Source of the DNA: Camelus dromedarius
Lineage: Eukaryota
Assembly (NCBI RefSeq): GCF_036321535.1
Contig: NC_087437.1
Coordinates: 113,400,001 to 113,464,000, forward strand
Direction: 5' to 3'
DNA: 64,000 bases
Below are positions 63,210-64,000 of the stretch, in pieces (within the stretch, counting starts at the first letter, position 1; the number at the start of each line of letters is the position of its first letter). A program made the translations under genes and the position numbers. The notes beneath the pieces were generated by a model. The model did no database searches and was not told the origin of the DNA. It saw only the letters and a program-made list of their open reading frames with translations.

Positions 63210-64000
63210 TCTTTTTTATATTGAATTATACATAGGTACAGAAAAATACACAAATTGTAAGTTGTGAATTAGCTTGATAAATAATTACAAAGTGAAACAC
63301 TGCTATGTAACTACCCACATCAGAGATCAAACATTATCAGTACGAGACGCCCCTCTCCTGCCCTCTCACAATCACTATGCCCTTCTTCCTTCCTAGAGCT
63401 AGTCACTCTTGACCTAACCCTAGGTTCATTTTGCCTATTTTTGAACTTTATGTACCTGGAATCATACACTATGTATTTTTTTGTTTGTTTAGCTTCTTAA
63501 CTCAATCTTATGTTTGTGAGAAAGATCTTGCCGCTGAAGCATTTGCTTTTTAATTTTCACTACTGCATACTACACTATTGCATAAATAGACCACACTTTA
63601 TACTAATCTAATAGATTGATTGATTATTGAATTATAAGCCAATTTGAATTCTCGCAACAAACCCAACTTGATCTGATGTATTATCCTTTTTAAATTACTG
63701 AATTCAATTTGATAGTATTTGTTCAACGTTTTCATCTCTGTGCTTATGAGTGAAATTGGCTTTTCCTTTTCCTTTTTTTGTAATGTTCTTGTCAGGCTTT
63801 GGTATCAAGGTTATTCCAAGTTCATAAAATGAGGTGGGAAATGTCTTTTCCTTTTTCCTCTGAGAAAGTTTGTGTACAATATGTGCTATTAATCTCAAAC
63901 AATTTACAACACCCTTCTGCACAAACTTTTTACCAATGAAAGATAGGGGCTTGGAGTTTTGTCCATAGGAAGGTTTTAAATCATGGATCCAATTAGTTAA
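63210..64000 (-). mobile_element. L1M fragments including an ORF2 reverse-transcriptase remnant (runs off window end)
   Basis: ORF 63704-63922(-) contains TFPTSFYELGITLIPKPDKNIT, resembling L1 RT PNSFYEASITLIPKPGKD. L1M 3'-UTR-like sequence at 63210-63600. Confidence 0.85.

Overview
Mammalian genomic DNA, probably from a camelid (four copies of a tRNA-Ala-derived Vic-1-like SINE). The only supportable protein-coding content is the 3' part of CLIC6 on the + strand. It has five GT-AG coding exons (9975-10084, 10619-10744, 11337-11443, 11973-12154, 18086-18247; 687 nt, 228 aa + stop) encoding the CLIC/GST-fold domain with the CPFS motif, and a 3' UTR to about 20.2 kb. Exon 1 lies upstream of the window. 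The rest is intronic or intergenic DNA, which by human synteny recalled from memory would be the CLIC6-RUNX1 interval. It is filled with L1, MIR, L2, MaLR/ERV LTRs, MER DNA transposons and simple repeats, and nearly all supplied ORFs are spurious or repeat-derived. I see no new multi-gene system. The most unusual signal is a patchwork templated insertion in CLIC6 intron 1: a 157-bp local duplication followed by three inverted snippets of the neighbouring L1, which may also assemble a cryptic poison exon. Also notable are a solo ERV LTR with a 24-bp GATA+CCAAT tandem array plus octamer, a 38-bp E-box minisatellite, and a promoter-like CpG patch with a perfect splice donor near 47.6-47.9 kb. Repeat family names come from visual recognition, not a database search.
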